Origin: Camelus ferus | Taxonomy: Eukaryota | NCBI RefSeq assembly: GCF_009834535.1 | Contig: NC_045697.1 | Location: 53,508,001-53,572,000, forward strand | Reading direction: 5' to 3' | DNA: 64,000 nucleotides | In this document: in pieces, positions 41,458 through 54,805 of the stretch | How the letters are laid out: each line of letters starts with the position of its first letter | Position numbering within the stretch: the first letter of the stretch is position 1 | Made by a program: the position numbers and the translations under genes | Notes under the pieces: model-generated | Database searches by the model: none | What the model was told of the DNA's origin: nothing | The model's input: only the letters and a program-made list of their open reading frames with translations

Positions 41458-43673
41458 AAGGGCAATCAACTAGATTATTTCAAAGTCCCCTTACAGTTCT
41501 AAACATTCTGCTATTAAGTTTTATTAATATTCCTGTTTATAAAATCAGGTTCAATAACACTGAGCACATAACCCCATGGTTTTGGTGTGTGAGGACTATA
41601 TGAATCTTAACACAAAGACAGGATGAAAATGGTTACTCTACATTCCTTGCCACAATCACAAAAAGAAAAGATTCTCAATGCAAAGGAAAATTTTCAAGAT
41701 TAGTTAGAAAGAAATAGAAATGGAAACAAAAATAACAATTTGCACGGTGGAGGAAGAAAACAAGTTAATGCAATAAATTGCATTAATTCTGACATCTCTG
41801 TAGATTTTAATATATCTTAGACTTTAAAAAATAATAGCAACTTGTTTTCCCCACAAATAATTCAAATAAATAGAAAAAATAAAGTTTCTGTGAGGGCTAC
41901 TTAAAATGTTAAGATGATTCAACAATCACAATTATACATACATATTCATGAACAAAAAAACAAAAATAATGACATACTATTCACAACAATTTTACTAGTC
42001 ATCAAAACACAAATTCCCAGAGTACTACACTAATCTCTATTTTTACAAATTTAACGTAATATTGGCCTTTAGTTCCTATAAGCTTTGTTATTTCTTTTAA
42101 ATTACAGAAGTCCAAATTGTAAAAAGAATGCAAAAAAAAAAAGAAAGAGAGGAAAAAATAAATTGGCCTTAGTCCTGATGAATCAAACACAGTGAGAATT
42201 TTCTGTTCTCATGTTTTTGCCACACTATTGTGTTTTTGGGAACTGCAGCTGGAGATTTATCACTTCAGGATACATAGGCAACTATAGTAAGGACTTAACT
42301 CCTGGCCTTGAAAGCAAAGTAGATGTATTTTTCTCTAGATCATTTCCTGTACATTCTCTCATGACCAGTAACCAGTGATCATAAAGTCACTGACAAGAAC
42401 TTTACTGTTAACTGGAAAATAGCCATACAACAGAGCTAGGTGGCTAAACTTCCAGTTATTCCAAAATGTATCAAGGACATCTTATATTTCAATCCATATA
42501 TAAAGTCATGTTTATACCACCATCTTGGAAAAAATAAGGAACTGACTTGCCAAAGTTACGAGAAAAAAGCAAGCCTTTCCAAGCTGATTAAAGGAAATTT
42601 TTAAAAAACTAATTTCTTTTAAAATTTTATTTGTTCTTTCACAATAGTTATGTATTTTTATAAGCAATTCAGTTTGAAAAATTTTACTACTCATTTTCAA
42701 TATTTTTCTATAAGCATAGTTAAATAATTTTGATATTAATCATTAGAGTTGCATGAAATAAAACTGTCTGCTGTGCTTAAACAAATATGATTTTATATTC
42801 AGGCAAAATATTTATTATATTCTTTTCCTGTATCTCAGTATTCTCTTTCTTTAACTTCTTTTCTTGCCCTTCCATAAATAGGAGGACACAATTTTTCGAG
42901 ATGAAAGAAAAAATAGAGATCAGAGAATTCATTTCTAACAGTTTCTCATAGCAGGTTATAAATTGGAGAAACATAAATTGCATGTGTATTAGCTCGCATT
43001 CCAATCAATACTTGTTCTCCAAGTTAAGAGTGGACAATTTATGGTTGCTATGTTTCTTATTATAAAGTAGGTTTTCTGAATTTTAGGAATAAGGCATCAA
43101 TTCTTTATTCATTAAATTCTATAAAGTGTTATTTCTTTTTCTAATTATTTGCAACGTGTGTGATTACCTAGCCTAGCGGTTTTCAGACTTTCTTGTGCAT
43201 AAGAAACAGCTAGAGGAAAAAAAAAGACTAACGATGCCTTGGCATTTCTTCAGCAAGAATTTTTTTTTAAATAATGTTTTCTAAATTTCATTTTCCCCTG
43301 AAAACTGCTTTCTGTATAGGTGACATCTCTAATTAATGACAGTGAAGTTGAGAAAAATATACAGAAGTTTCAACCATAATTTTATCAGTATTATTTTGTA
43401 GCCAAAATGTAGTGAAATCAGAAACATGTAATTATTGCAAGTGAGATGTCATTCCGGCTTCCAGCTGTCAGGAAATTTTCAACTTCTTTTGAAACCGAAG
43501 GTAGTCATCAGTTAGATCTCTTAAACTATAACTTGCTTAATAAATAATGTGTTGTAACTTGCCTTCATTGACCAAGTTTGCTTTGTTCTTAAAAATTGCA
43601 TACCCTGCGAGTTTCACATACCTTAGATAATATATCACAAGATTCCTTTAGCGCTCCCTGTAGTTAACACCTC

Positions 43674-44143
43674 TGACGTATGAGTTACTATAGTAACTGC
43701 CCCTTAAGGTGTTTTTCTGGAACATAGTCTTGCTCAGTTCAAACCACATGACACCACTGACCATTAAACTGACCTGGGTCAGTGTCTGATGGATGACCTT
43801 TTGATTTCAAAGGGCCAGGACTTCCACCTTCAGATAATGTTAATGCCCTGGTATTCTGAACACGAGTCCCAAGAGGATGCTTGTAACTCAGATCTAAGTC
43901 TGTGCAGAGCAGCGATTACCTCACCTTTCCCTGCCTCCAGTCACCTTCCCTTTCACCTCCAACCACCCTGCTTCTCTAGCCCATAAAAATCCTCAGTTCC
44001 TTGACTTTGGGGAGACTTATTTGAGACTTGTTCACCCACCTTCTGGATTGGCTATCTACGTATAAACCCCTTCTCTGCCGCAAACCTCCTGGTCTCAGCA
44101 TTTAGCTTGCTGTGCAAGGGGTGGACAGACCTGGATCAGCAAC
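43674..44143 (+). mobile_element. ERV solo LTR inserted in a MIR
   Basis: TG...CA ends; TATA-like cataaaa ~43982, poly(A)-signal-like tataaa ~44061, ERV1-like U5 end; the flanks rejoin into a MIR-like core (ctctgac on both sides). Confidence 0.6.
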
Positions 44144-45472
44144 ACTCTGACCTTCATTTCTTTATAAAATGAAAGTCACAGAACTTTTGTGAGGATTTAA
44201 CAACAAGCTATTTGTAAAAACACTTTCAAAACCATAACAGACAAATGTGTATCACTTGACAGATGTGAAAGTTAATCTTAGGTTAAAGCAGATCTCAGGC
44301 ATGGCTTCTTCCCATGTAGTTTATCTGGCCTTAAGATATGCTGCCCCCATGAGGATGGTAGCTGATAACACTGACTAGGTATGATGAGTCTAAATTATTA
44401 GGATTTGTTGACAGGATAAAAATAAAAATCATTTAGATGTACCTGTGCATGTTAACCACCTTCTTGTATTTACAAATATATAACATAAATAAATAGATAT
44501 AAAAAATCAATATATGTCTTCAAGTTCATTCATTCCTTTTTCCATACTGTGTCTTATCTTCTGTTAAATCCATACAATGCATTTTTAGTTCTAGGTATTG
44601 TAATCTTCATCTCGGGAAGTTTGATGTGGATCTCTTTTTAGATCTCTTATTTCTCTCCTCACATACTTATGCTTACCACCATCTCTTTGATGGTAAGCTA
44701 TTTATAATAGCTGTTATAAAGTCCTTGTCAACTAGTTCTATAATCTGTATCATTATTGTGAGTTTGTCTATTGAAAGAGATGTCATATATCATGTTAAAA
44801 GTCACATATTTGTGGTTTATTAAATATCTCACAACTTTTCCTGTCAAGTGCTGGATTTTTCTGTATTCCTTTAGGTAAACGGCTTTTTTATTCTGGTAGT
44901 GATAATTTTTCAACTTGATGCATTAGAAGCTTGCTATTAAGTTAATTAAATCATTCAGAGCATACTTTATTTTAGGGTAAATTTAATCCCATCACTGAAG
45001 AAATACAAATTTAAAGACTGCATTTCCTCTTTGGAAAAAGGTCTATTTGATTCTTCTGCCCATTTTTTAAATCAAGTTACAAACGGGTTGTTTTGTGTAG
45101 CCTAAAGTTCAAGAATGACTTCCCCATACTTTAATATGTGAAAATTTCTTCCATCAGTGGTGAAGTCATTCAATATATGTATATCCTTTTTAAGTCAATT
45201 TTTTCTTTAATAAACTTGATTTTTAGAAAATGCTTTTTTGTTTTGGTTAGGTCTTAGTAATGTAAAATTCATATCAAATATTTTCTTACCTGAGTTATTT
45301 TTTCCCATGAGTATCACATGTATTGCTGTGAAAAACTTTACTCCAAAATTTAGTAAATAACAATCATTTTGTTTTCTATCAGTTTTGTGGGTTAGTAGTT
45401 TGTGCTGGGCTAAGCAGTTCTGCTGATTTCATTAGATATCCCTCATTCTGTTAAAGACTTTGAGATTCTCTT

Positions 45473-45833
45473 TGTGATAGTTAATTTTATGTGTCAACTT
45501 AACTAGGCCACAGTGGCCACATATTTGATCAAAAATTCCAGATGTTTCTGTAAACATGTTGTGTATTTTGGATGAGATCAACATTTAAATTTGTGGACTT
45601 TGAGTAAAGCAGATAACCCTCCATAATATGCATGAGCCTCATCCAATTAGCTGAAAGCCTTAATAGAACAAAGACTGACCATGCCTAAGTAAGACAGAAT
45701 TCTGCCAGCAGACTGCTTTTGGACTTGAACTGCAATTCTATCCGGGTCTCCAGCCTGCTGTCCTACTCAAAATATTATGTACCTACCAAGCTACCACATT
45801 TGCATGAGCTAGTCCTTAAAATAAATTGTTCTA

Positions 45834-45864
<31 letters not shown>

Positions 45865-45905
45865 ATATATATAGATAGATAGATAGAAATATATATCTAT
45901 CTATA
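45473..45905 (+). mobile_element. MLT2 (ERV-L) LTR, 3' end lost in a microsatellite
   Basis: Starts TGTGATAGTTAATTTTATGTGTCAACTT. Confidence 0.8.
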
Positions 45906-46109
45906 TAGATTTAATGACAGAGCCAGAATTTAAATGTAGAATGTAGGCTATCTGAGTACAGAAACTGATCAAATGTTTAACCATAATCTGATTAAAGGGT
46001 AATTTTTAAAAAGTGTCATCTTTTTATGCCCTGTGAATTTGGGGAGAAGTCATTATGGCTTATATATGATTTAACTTGAACTTTAGGCTAAACAAAACAA
46101 CCTGTTTTT

Positions 46110-46845
46110 GTAATCTGATTAAAAAATGGGCAGAAGAATCTAATAGACATTTTCCAAAGAGGAAGTGCAGATGGTCAACAGGCACATGAAAAGATGTTCA
46201 GTATCAATAATCATCAGAGGAATGCAAATCAAAACCACAATGAGATATCACCTTACATCTGTCAGAATGGTTATCATCCAAAAGAACACAAATAACAAAC
46301 ACTGACGAGGATATGAAGAAAAGGGAACCCTCTTACACTGTTGGGAATCTAATGATGCAGCCACTGTGGAAAACAGTATGGATAATTCTCAACAATTCTA
46401 CTCAACCATAAAAAAAAGAATGAAATGTGTTCCAGCAAGATGGATGGACTTGGAGGCCATTATGCTAAATGAAATAAGTCACATAGAGAAAGGCAAAATA
46501 CTGTAGGATACCACTTACATATGAAATCTAAAAAATACAACAAAATAGTGAATATAATAAAAAAAAAAAAAAAAAAGAAGAAGAAGAAGACTCACAGATA
46601 CACAGAAGAAACTAGTGGTTACCAGCAGGGAGAGGGAAAGGGAGAAGGGCAATAGAGGGGTAGGGGAGTAAGAGGTACAAACTGTTAGGTATAAAATAGG
46701 CTACAGGGACATATTCTACAACATGGGGAATATAGCCAACATTTTATAATAACTACAAATGGAGTATAACTTTTAAAAATTATGAATCACTATATTGGAC
46801 ACCTGTAACATATAATATTGTGAAACACTTATACTTCAAGAAAAA
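46110..46845 (+). mobile_element. 5'-truncated L1 3' end (with internal deletion)
   Basis: aaaaaatgggcagaag...caaatcaaaaccacaatgagatatcacc...tatacttcaa; imperfect TSD aaaacaacctgttt / aaaccagcctgttt. Confidence 0.8.
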
Positions 46846-46914
46846 CCAGCCTGTTTGTGCCTCATTAAGCATACATTGTACATCTGCTTTAAACATTAAA
46901 AAGAATGCATTTTA

Positions 46915-48758
46915 TACCAATACCATGCTGTCTTGATGACTGTAGCTCTATAGTATTGTCTGAAGTCTGGGAGAGTTATTCCTCCGGCCTCTTTCTTCTC
47001 TTCAGTAATGCTTTGGCAATTCTAGGTCTTTGATGGTTCCATATAAATTTTATTATGATTTGTTCTAGTTCTGTGAAATATGTCCTGGGTAATTTGATAG
47101 GGATTGCATTAAATCTGTAGATTGCCTTGGGCAGTGTGACCATTTTAACAATATTGATTCTTCCAATCCAAGAGCATGGGATATCTTTCCATTTTTTAAA
47201 GTCTTCTTTAATTTCCTTCATCAAAGGTTTATAGTTTTCTGTGTATAATTCTTTCACCTCCTTGGTTAGATTTATTCCCAGATATTTTATTACTTTGGGT
47301 GGTACAAAAACAGACATATAGACCAATGGAACAGAATAGAGAGCCCAGAAATGAACCCACAAACTTTTGGTCAACTCATCTTCGACAAAGGAGGCAAGAA
47401 TATACAATGGAATAAAGACAGTCTCTTCAGCAAATGGTGTGGGGAAAACTGGACAGCAGCATGTTAAACAATGAAGCTAGAACACTCCCTTACACCATAC
47501 ACAAAAATCAACTCAAAATGGGTCAAAGACTTAAACATAAGACAAGACACAATAAACCTCCTAGAGGAAAACATAGGCAAAACATTATCTGACATACATT
47601 TCAAAAATTTTCTCCTAGAAGAAATAAAAGCAAGAATAAACAAATGGGACCTAATGAAACTTACAAGCTTCTGCACAGCAAAGGAAACCAGAAGTAAAAC
47701 AAGAAGACAACCTACGGAATGGGAGAAAATTTTTGCAAATGAAACTGACAAAGGCTTGATCTCCAGAATATATAAGCAGCTCATACGACTCAATAAGAAA
47801 AAAATAAACAACCCAATCCAAAAATGGGCAGAAGACCTAAACAAGCAATTCTCCAAGGAAGACATACAAATGATCAAAAGGCACATGAAAAAATGCTCAA
47901 TATACTAATTATCAGAGAAATGCAAATCAAAACTACAATGAGGTATCACCTCACACCAGTCAGAATGGCCGTCATTCAAAAATCCACAAATGACAAATGC
48001 TGGAGAGGCTGTGGAGAAAGGGGAACCCTCCTACACTGCTGGTGGGAATGTAGTTTTGTGCAGCCACTATGGAAAACAGTGTGGAGATTCCTCAAAAGAC
48101 TAGGAATAGACTTACCATATGACCCAGGAATCCCACTCCTGTCTTGTATCCAGAAGGAAATCTACTTCAGGATGACACCTGCACCCCAATGTTCATAGCA
48201 GCACTATTTACAATAGCCAAAACATGGAAACAGCCTAAATGTCCATCAACAGGTGACTGGATAAAGAAGAAGTGGTATATTTATACAATGGAATATTACT
48301 CAGCCATAAAAACCAACAACATAATGCTTTTTGCAGCAACATGGATGGTCCTGGAGAATGTCATTCTAAGTGAAGTAAGCCAGAAAGAGAAAGAAAAATA
48401 CCATATGAGATCGCTCTTATGTGGAATCTAAAAAACAAAAACAAAACAAACAAACAAATAAGAACAAAGCATAAATACAGGACAGAAATAGACTCACAGA
48501 CAGAGAATACAGACTTGTGGTTACCAGGGGGGTGGAGGGTGGGAAGGGATAGACTGGGATTTCAAAATTGTAGAATAGATAAACAAGATTATACTGTATA
48601 GCACAGGGAAATATACCCAAAATGTTATGGTAGCTCACAGAGAAAAAAATGTGACAATGAGTGTGTATATGTCCATGAATGACTGAAAAATTGTGTTGAA
48701 CACTGGAATTTGACACAACATTGTAAAATGATTATAAATCAATAAAAAATGTTAAAAA
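46915..48758 (+). mobile_element. Young L1 with 5' inversion (twin priming): minus piece 46915-~47300, plus piece ~47300-48758
   Basis: ORF2 peptides in both orientations ([12 protein letters not shown]...[35 protein letters not shown]); perfect 17-bp TSD AAAAAGAATGCATTTTA at 46898-46914 and 48759-48775, preceded by TT (L1 endonuclease site). Confidence 0.95.
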
Positions 48759-50530
48759 AAAAAGAATGCATTTTAAAAATCAAAATGTTGTAAGTATGGT
48801 TCAGGCATTTGAAGTAGAACTGACTGGCCATTGTAGAAATGGTTTCAGACACATTCCTGCATCACTGAGAACATGAATTTTATAAACATTATCAGACTCA
48901 AGGACATCACAATTCTTCCTCAAAACAATATCTGCTAGCAGCTGCCAACTTCAGCCCTCTAGTCTCAAGGTCTCCCTTTTAAATGCAACCATTTCAGACA
49001 CCAACCAAATCTTGCCTAACAAGTACCCTTCTTGCCAACTTCAGTTATAATTCTTGACAACAACTTATGTAATTTTGCAGTTCTTGCCTTTATAAACCTT
49101 CCCCATTTTGTAGACAGGTGGAACACAATTCAAGTGCCTCTTGCATCTGTGTCTCTTGGGCTATAGTTCTCAGTTTGACTCAAATGAAACACTTCTCTAT
49201 TTCTATTTTGGATTGTTCATTGATCATTTCCATCAACATTACCTACACAAATTATGACAAAATAATTCATAAGAATAATGTAAATCAAACATAAATACAT
49301 ACACACACACACTAACCACTGCACACACATTGGCTTTGGACAGAAAAAAAGTTGTTGGTTCCATTGTTGTCTTTTGTCACAAGAATTAGAAAAAGACAGT
49401 AGAATATGATCTAATAGATAGTTTGTGAAAATTGTGGGGATCAAAGAAGCCAGTTATCACTGATGCTGCCATCCAGGTGTGAAGGTGAAAAATATATTAC
49501 TAGATGTACAAGAATTCAGAAGACATTTTTACTTGTAGGCTTGCCTTGAAATATTTGCTTAGACTTACTCTAGCTGATAGGTAAATTATATTAGCAATTC
49601 AAAAATGGAGAAAGTTTCTATAAAACATGAACTGTTTCTCTTTTATCTAGCTTGAACCTGAGCTCGTGAATTGAGAAAGACTATCGATAGTCACAAGGAG
49701 GCAGTCTAAGAGAATTAAACTTGAAGAGCTGCTTGGTGCCTCCAATGTTCTTGTTTCCTCTCCATTGTCATCACGCCAAATGAATCTCTGTGGGACTAAT
49801 CCCTTTTTATAATCAGTATGGAATTTATCACCACATCTGTGTATCAATTACAACAATAAATTGTCATGTTCTGTTCCAGTACTTAATTACCAAATATGAC
49901 TTTTGGGACACTATGAAAAAAAGACAAAAGTTATTATTTTCCCCTTCAAAATGATTGCACAAAGAAATGTTATTGTAATTTTCATTCCCAAGAATGTTAG
50001 ATAATGAAAATGTGCAGCTTTAAAATACTTCTTTAATGATCTGAATTAATATCTTTATTAAACATATAAATGCAATAAAACCACCACAATTTTCCAAAGA
50101 TGTTTCTTCATTATACAAAGCAATTCAGTTCTGCCGTAGTTCTTACATTTGAATTAACAGAAACTACTATCACCATTATAGGACTCGGCAAAAAAAAAAA
50201 AAAAAAAAAAAGACACTTCAAATTTTTAAAATTTTCTTTTTATAATTAATAAAGATAGTAATGATTTTATGTTGCCTAAGTTTGAGAGATACTAACTTAC
50301 TTACTTCTTAATACTAACCCAAGATTATTAATCATTACCAGTAATTATTTCAGATACATCCAGACATACTTGGTTGGTATGGGGGTAGGGGGAGCAGCAG
50401 AGACCATGACAGCAAAGGCAATACTCACATCAAATAGTTTCCAGGGAATTAACAGAAGGGTACACTTTTAACAAAGTGTTAATCTGCTTTTGACGTAATG
50501 GGTGGGGAATGAAAAGAGTAAAATGATCTG

Positions 50531-50656
50531 TATAAACTTTTCTCTAATTAAGATCATATTTCTCATCATAAATACTTACTCAACTAGTATCTGCCTAAGT
50601 TCAACTTCTTCCTAATGGCAAATAAGCACTATTAAAGCTCTGGCTGGAAACTGCAG
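50531..50656 (+). promoter_or_regulatory. Putative UGT2A1 core promoter and non-coding first exon
   Basis: TATAAA at 50531-50536 and a strong donor CTGCAG|GTAAGA at 50656/50657 in unique DNA; it would pair with the acceptor at 54756 just upstream of the UGT2A1 ATG. Confidence 0.5.
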
Positions 50657-51597
50657 GTAAGAAATTTTACAATCTCCTGATAAGAAATACATAAGCAATG
50701 TGTACTATACATTTGGATTACTTTATATTTTCTTCTAAAAGAAGTATCAATCATTACAAGGTTGTGAAGGTTGTGGATTAACTTTGGGTTGTTTCACTAT
50801 CCTTTGAAATAGTTTTCAGCCTTTTTTTTTTTTCTTAATACCTTGATTTTTATTTTTAAATACCTTGGTTTTCTACCACCACTCCCCGCCCCAGTGTTAC
50901 ACTTCACAATAATTTTATAAATATTGAAGGAATTATTTTATAGAAAAGTAAATTGAAAGTTTTATCTAAATGTGAGCCCATTGGCCTCTTGAAAGGCTCA
51001 GTTCTGACATATATAGTAACAAATAAGATTTATACTGATGTATGGTGAAGGCAAAATTAATTTTCACAAGTGACCACTATGGTCTTTAACATAGAGCACA
51101 TATAAAAATGGAGATGCCATCCTTTGGTGGGTATTTTATTTTCTTAATACTCTGCACTAGATTTTTTATATCAATTTATTTTAAATAAATAAATAAATAC
51201 ACACACACATATACTACATATCCAAATAAGTTTTATGTAAAGTCAAATTTATTTATTAAAAAAGAAAATTTAAAGTTTCTCTGAAGAAAATCCTGTTGTA
51301 AAAACAATAACCAATTTTGGTAATGTAAATACTATGTTTGCTCCTTTTTGTGCAATTAGGTAAAGTACTTTTTTATTATCATTATCTATGATAAAAATAT
51401 TTATATATACTAGCTTCTTTTCGAATATGTTAGCTTTTTCATTGAATGCAACTGGTTTTGCATATATATATCTATATATACATATAAAAATCATATTTTT
51501 AGCTGTAGTCTCTCAAAAACTTTCTGCAAAGTAACTTTTAGCTTTTCAGTCATCTTAAGGTCAGAATAATTAAAGTCACAGTTTCAGACCCTCATTT

Positions 51598-51641
51598 TTG
51601 GAAAAAACTTTTTTGACAATTGGAAAAAACTTTTTTGACAA
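51598..51641. repeat. Perfect 22-bp tandem duplication TTGGAAAAAACTTTTTTGACAA x2
   Basis: Units at 51598-51619 and 51620-51641. Confidence 0.9.
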
Positions 51642-52116
51642 CCTCTTTAAATCTCTTTGGTCAATATAATTTTTTCTTTCAGTTTTCTATTAAATTTTTA
51701 AACACAAACAAATCTAAAAATTAACCTCAATAGTTTAACAAATTTCTTAATAGTTGTCACATTACTAAGATTTTTTTTTAAATCAAAAAGTTTATGACAT
51801 GACATTGGTTTTCTCCGTTCATGTTACTTGTCACTAGCATCCAGATACCTCAAACTCCAAAATGAGTGTCATACACTATCTCTGATGAAGACTTTCCTAT
51901 TCTTACCCCTGCCCCAACCCCAAAAAACTGAAAACAACCTCTGCTTCATAAAGCTCTGAACGTTTATTTTGCCTGTGTCATTTCATCTGAAGTCACTTAG
52001 CACTTTCTCTAATTAAGATAAGGAGAAGGAAGGAGAGAAAGATGATAGATTTTAAGCATGTCCTTTACTCCAGGCACTATGCTTGTTGCTTAATCAATAT
52101 TATTTTATTTAATTAA

Positions 52117-52707
52117 TGTAGGAGCCCATGATTGGGTTAATAAATTGTAACAGACCCCAGTGGCCTGTCAGCTTTAAGAAGAACAAATGTACTTAGTAAC
52201 TGCTTTGCTAGCAGGCGCCTATGCGTCCACACTCCGGTCTGCTTGCCGTAAAAAGCAGAGACAATGCCTTTCTTGCATAGTTGAGGTTTTAGCTAGCACT
52301 CAGCTCTTTGCAAAGCAACGACCCAGACCCACGCTGGGCGTGCCTGCTGTTTAGATGGTCTATTATCCGCAAGACAAGGAACTGGCTGGTCTGGTGGTCT
52401 GCTTCGTAATTAACATATAGAAAGAACGTATCTTGTTACCATCTCCCTGTGACTTCCTTAAAGATAAACTAAGCCTTTGTACTCATTGTGGATTCTACAA
52501 TCTCTATCCCATCCTGTCTTTCCCTAAATTCCTGCATTCCATCACACAGCTGTTAGTGAGTTTTCCTTTGATTGTACACAATAAATGTGGGAGCACTTGA
52601 GAAGCTCCTGGAGTCAGTCCTGGACTCCCTCTTGACCTCTTGACTTTCCACAGAGTCTCAAGTAATTCATTCCATCTCATTGGGACTTCTGCTGGTCAGA
52701 ACCCACA
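52117..52707 (+). mobile_element. ERV solo LTR (591 bp), sense to UGT2A1
   Basis: TG...CA ends, flanks ATTAA/TTTAA, AATAAA at 52580-52585, retained CpGs. Confidence 0.7.
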
Positions 52708-53769
52708 TTTAAATATTCATTTATCTTATATATTGTACATATAATTATGTACTGTATAGTATTTATTATGTAGTTATTCATTATGTATTAATAAATATTT
52801 TATTATTTATTTTGTTATATTATTTTATAGTCACAAAAAAATCCTAAATTGTTTTTAATTTTCATTTTCCAGATGAAAAACTGAGTCTCATAAATCTTAA
52901 GAAGCATAATGTTAGGCCAAGATTTTTTGGCCTAATTAATTCTAACAACTAAATTCTTTTCATAATGTCCAGCTGAATTTAATATACTATGCTGATTTTT
53001 GTGCTGGTTATGTATGAAATTTTCTTATCCCCTGATAGACTGTAAAATAGATAGGAGAAGTATCTCTTTGATTCATCTTTTGCCTTGTAGGGAATTCAGT
53101 GTCTAGTAGGTACCCAATAAACACATATAATCTGAATAAATGACTACATTTTACTTGTCTAAAACTGGATCTGACTCCCTGCTAGTAAATAAAGCAAGTG
53201 AAATAGCAGTACCCTGTGACAAATTGTTTATCCTAGTGGATCAACTATTTTAATAAGTCTCCTGGCAGGTAATTTTGGACCAGGTTGACAGAACCAGGCA
53301 GAAAGTTTGTGCATACCATAGAATCCTATTGCTCAGAGCCTTGAATTGAAATCTACCCCATGAACGGTATGATTACTCTGCTAAGCTTCGAGTGGTATTT
53401 TGTGAAAGTAACTGTTTTAAAGAAGTAGTTAATGCCTCACACAGATTATCTTTAGTGATTAAGATCTCAAAAGGGACATCAATAAAAACAAATAGGATTT
53501 CTAATTTCAATAGACTTATTAAAGCAAAAAGAATCATCTCTGCTTATTCACAGACACATGCATACATATGCAGTTTTCATAGAGATTATTTTACTGGGAT
53601 GACTTGCTCCTACATTTTTCGGTGCCGGTCACACAAATTTATATTGTGCAGTTTATACTGTGTCAGCATGTTTGGGGCAGTCTGTGGTTCATATAGGTAG
53701 GTGACTTGGTGCTGACACGAGGACATGATACACTCTGATGGGATAACTATCCTAGTGGTTAATACAACA

Positions 53770-54050
53770 GACACTGGGAGGCAAAGAGCCTTAAGGCTGC
53801 TAACACCAGTTCCTTCTTTATTTTGCTGTAAGAACTTGGCAAGTTACTCAATTCCTCTGAGCAATTGTTCCTTCTTTGATGTGGGAATAATTATAGGACT
53901 TACCTCGTTGGATCTTTCTTTTTTAAGTGAGAAATAAATGATATTAACATATATAAAACACTTTGCAAGATGTTTGACAAAGAGTGAGGACTTAAATACT
54001 TGCAATTTTAAAAAGCTGAGTCCAGATGTAGAGCAGTTGTTATTCACATA
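53770..54050 (+). mobile_element. MIR SINE
   Basis: gaacttggcaagttactcaattcctctgagc...gggaataattataggacttacctc...atatataaaacactt. Confidence 0.6.
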
Positions 54051-54805
54051 GCCTGGCTAGCTTTTGAGCAGCACTTTTGATAGAAGCAATTCCTTTCAGA
54101 TAGCTCTTATTCACTAGTAACATTACCCATCATCTCTTGGATATATTAATTGTACACAGTTTGTTTATTTACTTGTTATTTTTTTCTCAGTGATTCATTA
54201 ACATAAAATATTTCTTAAACATATTATTAAAGTAGCAACAAACATTACACTTATATTTGTTTGTACTTTGTATTTTTGTAAGTGTTCTCTTTGCAATAAT
54301 CGAATCTATTAATAACTAGGAACTATAAAAATTAATTGTTGTTAATGACCTTTGTAAAATATATTAAATATTGGAAAACCTATAGCATTAGCATCTCTAT
54401 ATTTCTGTGTAATTTCTGGCCCTATCTGAGGTTTTGGTACCCAGGCCTGAGTGTAGATTTGAGCTAAACAGTGGCTTTAAGCAGTTAAATAGTAATAACT
54501 TAACAATTATAAGATGCAATGAAAGGGTTGAAGGATCAAGTTCAAGAAAAAGATCAGAGAGCAAGAATAACAACCAAAACTAAAGCAAAGGTTGAGAGGT
54601 CAGACACTTTACCCCTAAATCTGTAATTATCACAAAATTATCATCATGGAGCTACCGTGACTAATATCATTTGGTAGAGAGAAGGCTTTTAAGAGTATCA
54701 GTCATTTTAATCAAAACTGAGAACTAATTTGTTTTTCTTTTTTGCTTAAAAAGCAGAGAAATTCATTTTTGTCATCTAATCTAATCTTCTACATCAAGCC
54801 ACATC

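Noticed and set aside
46976..48431. Long ORFs (143, 145, 124, 95 aa) as host genes
   Set aside because: They are L1 ORF2 fragments; the 143-aa minus ORF is a chimera reading across the twin-priming inversion junction.
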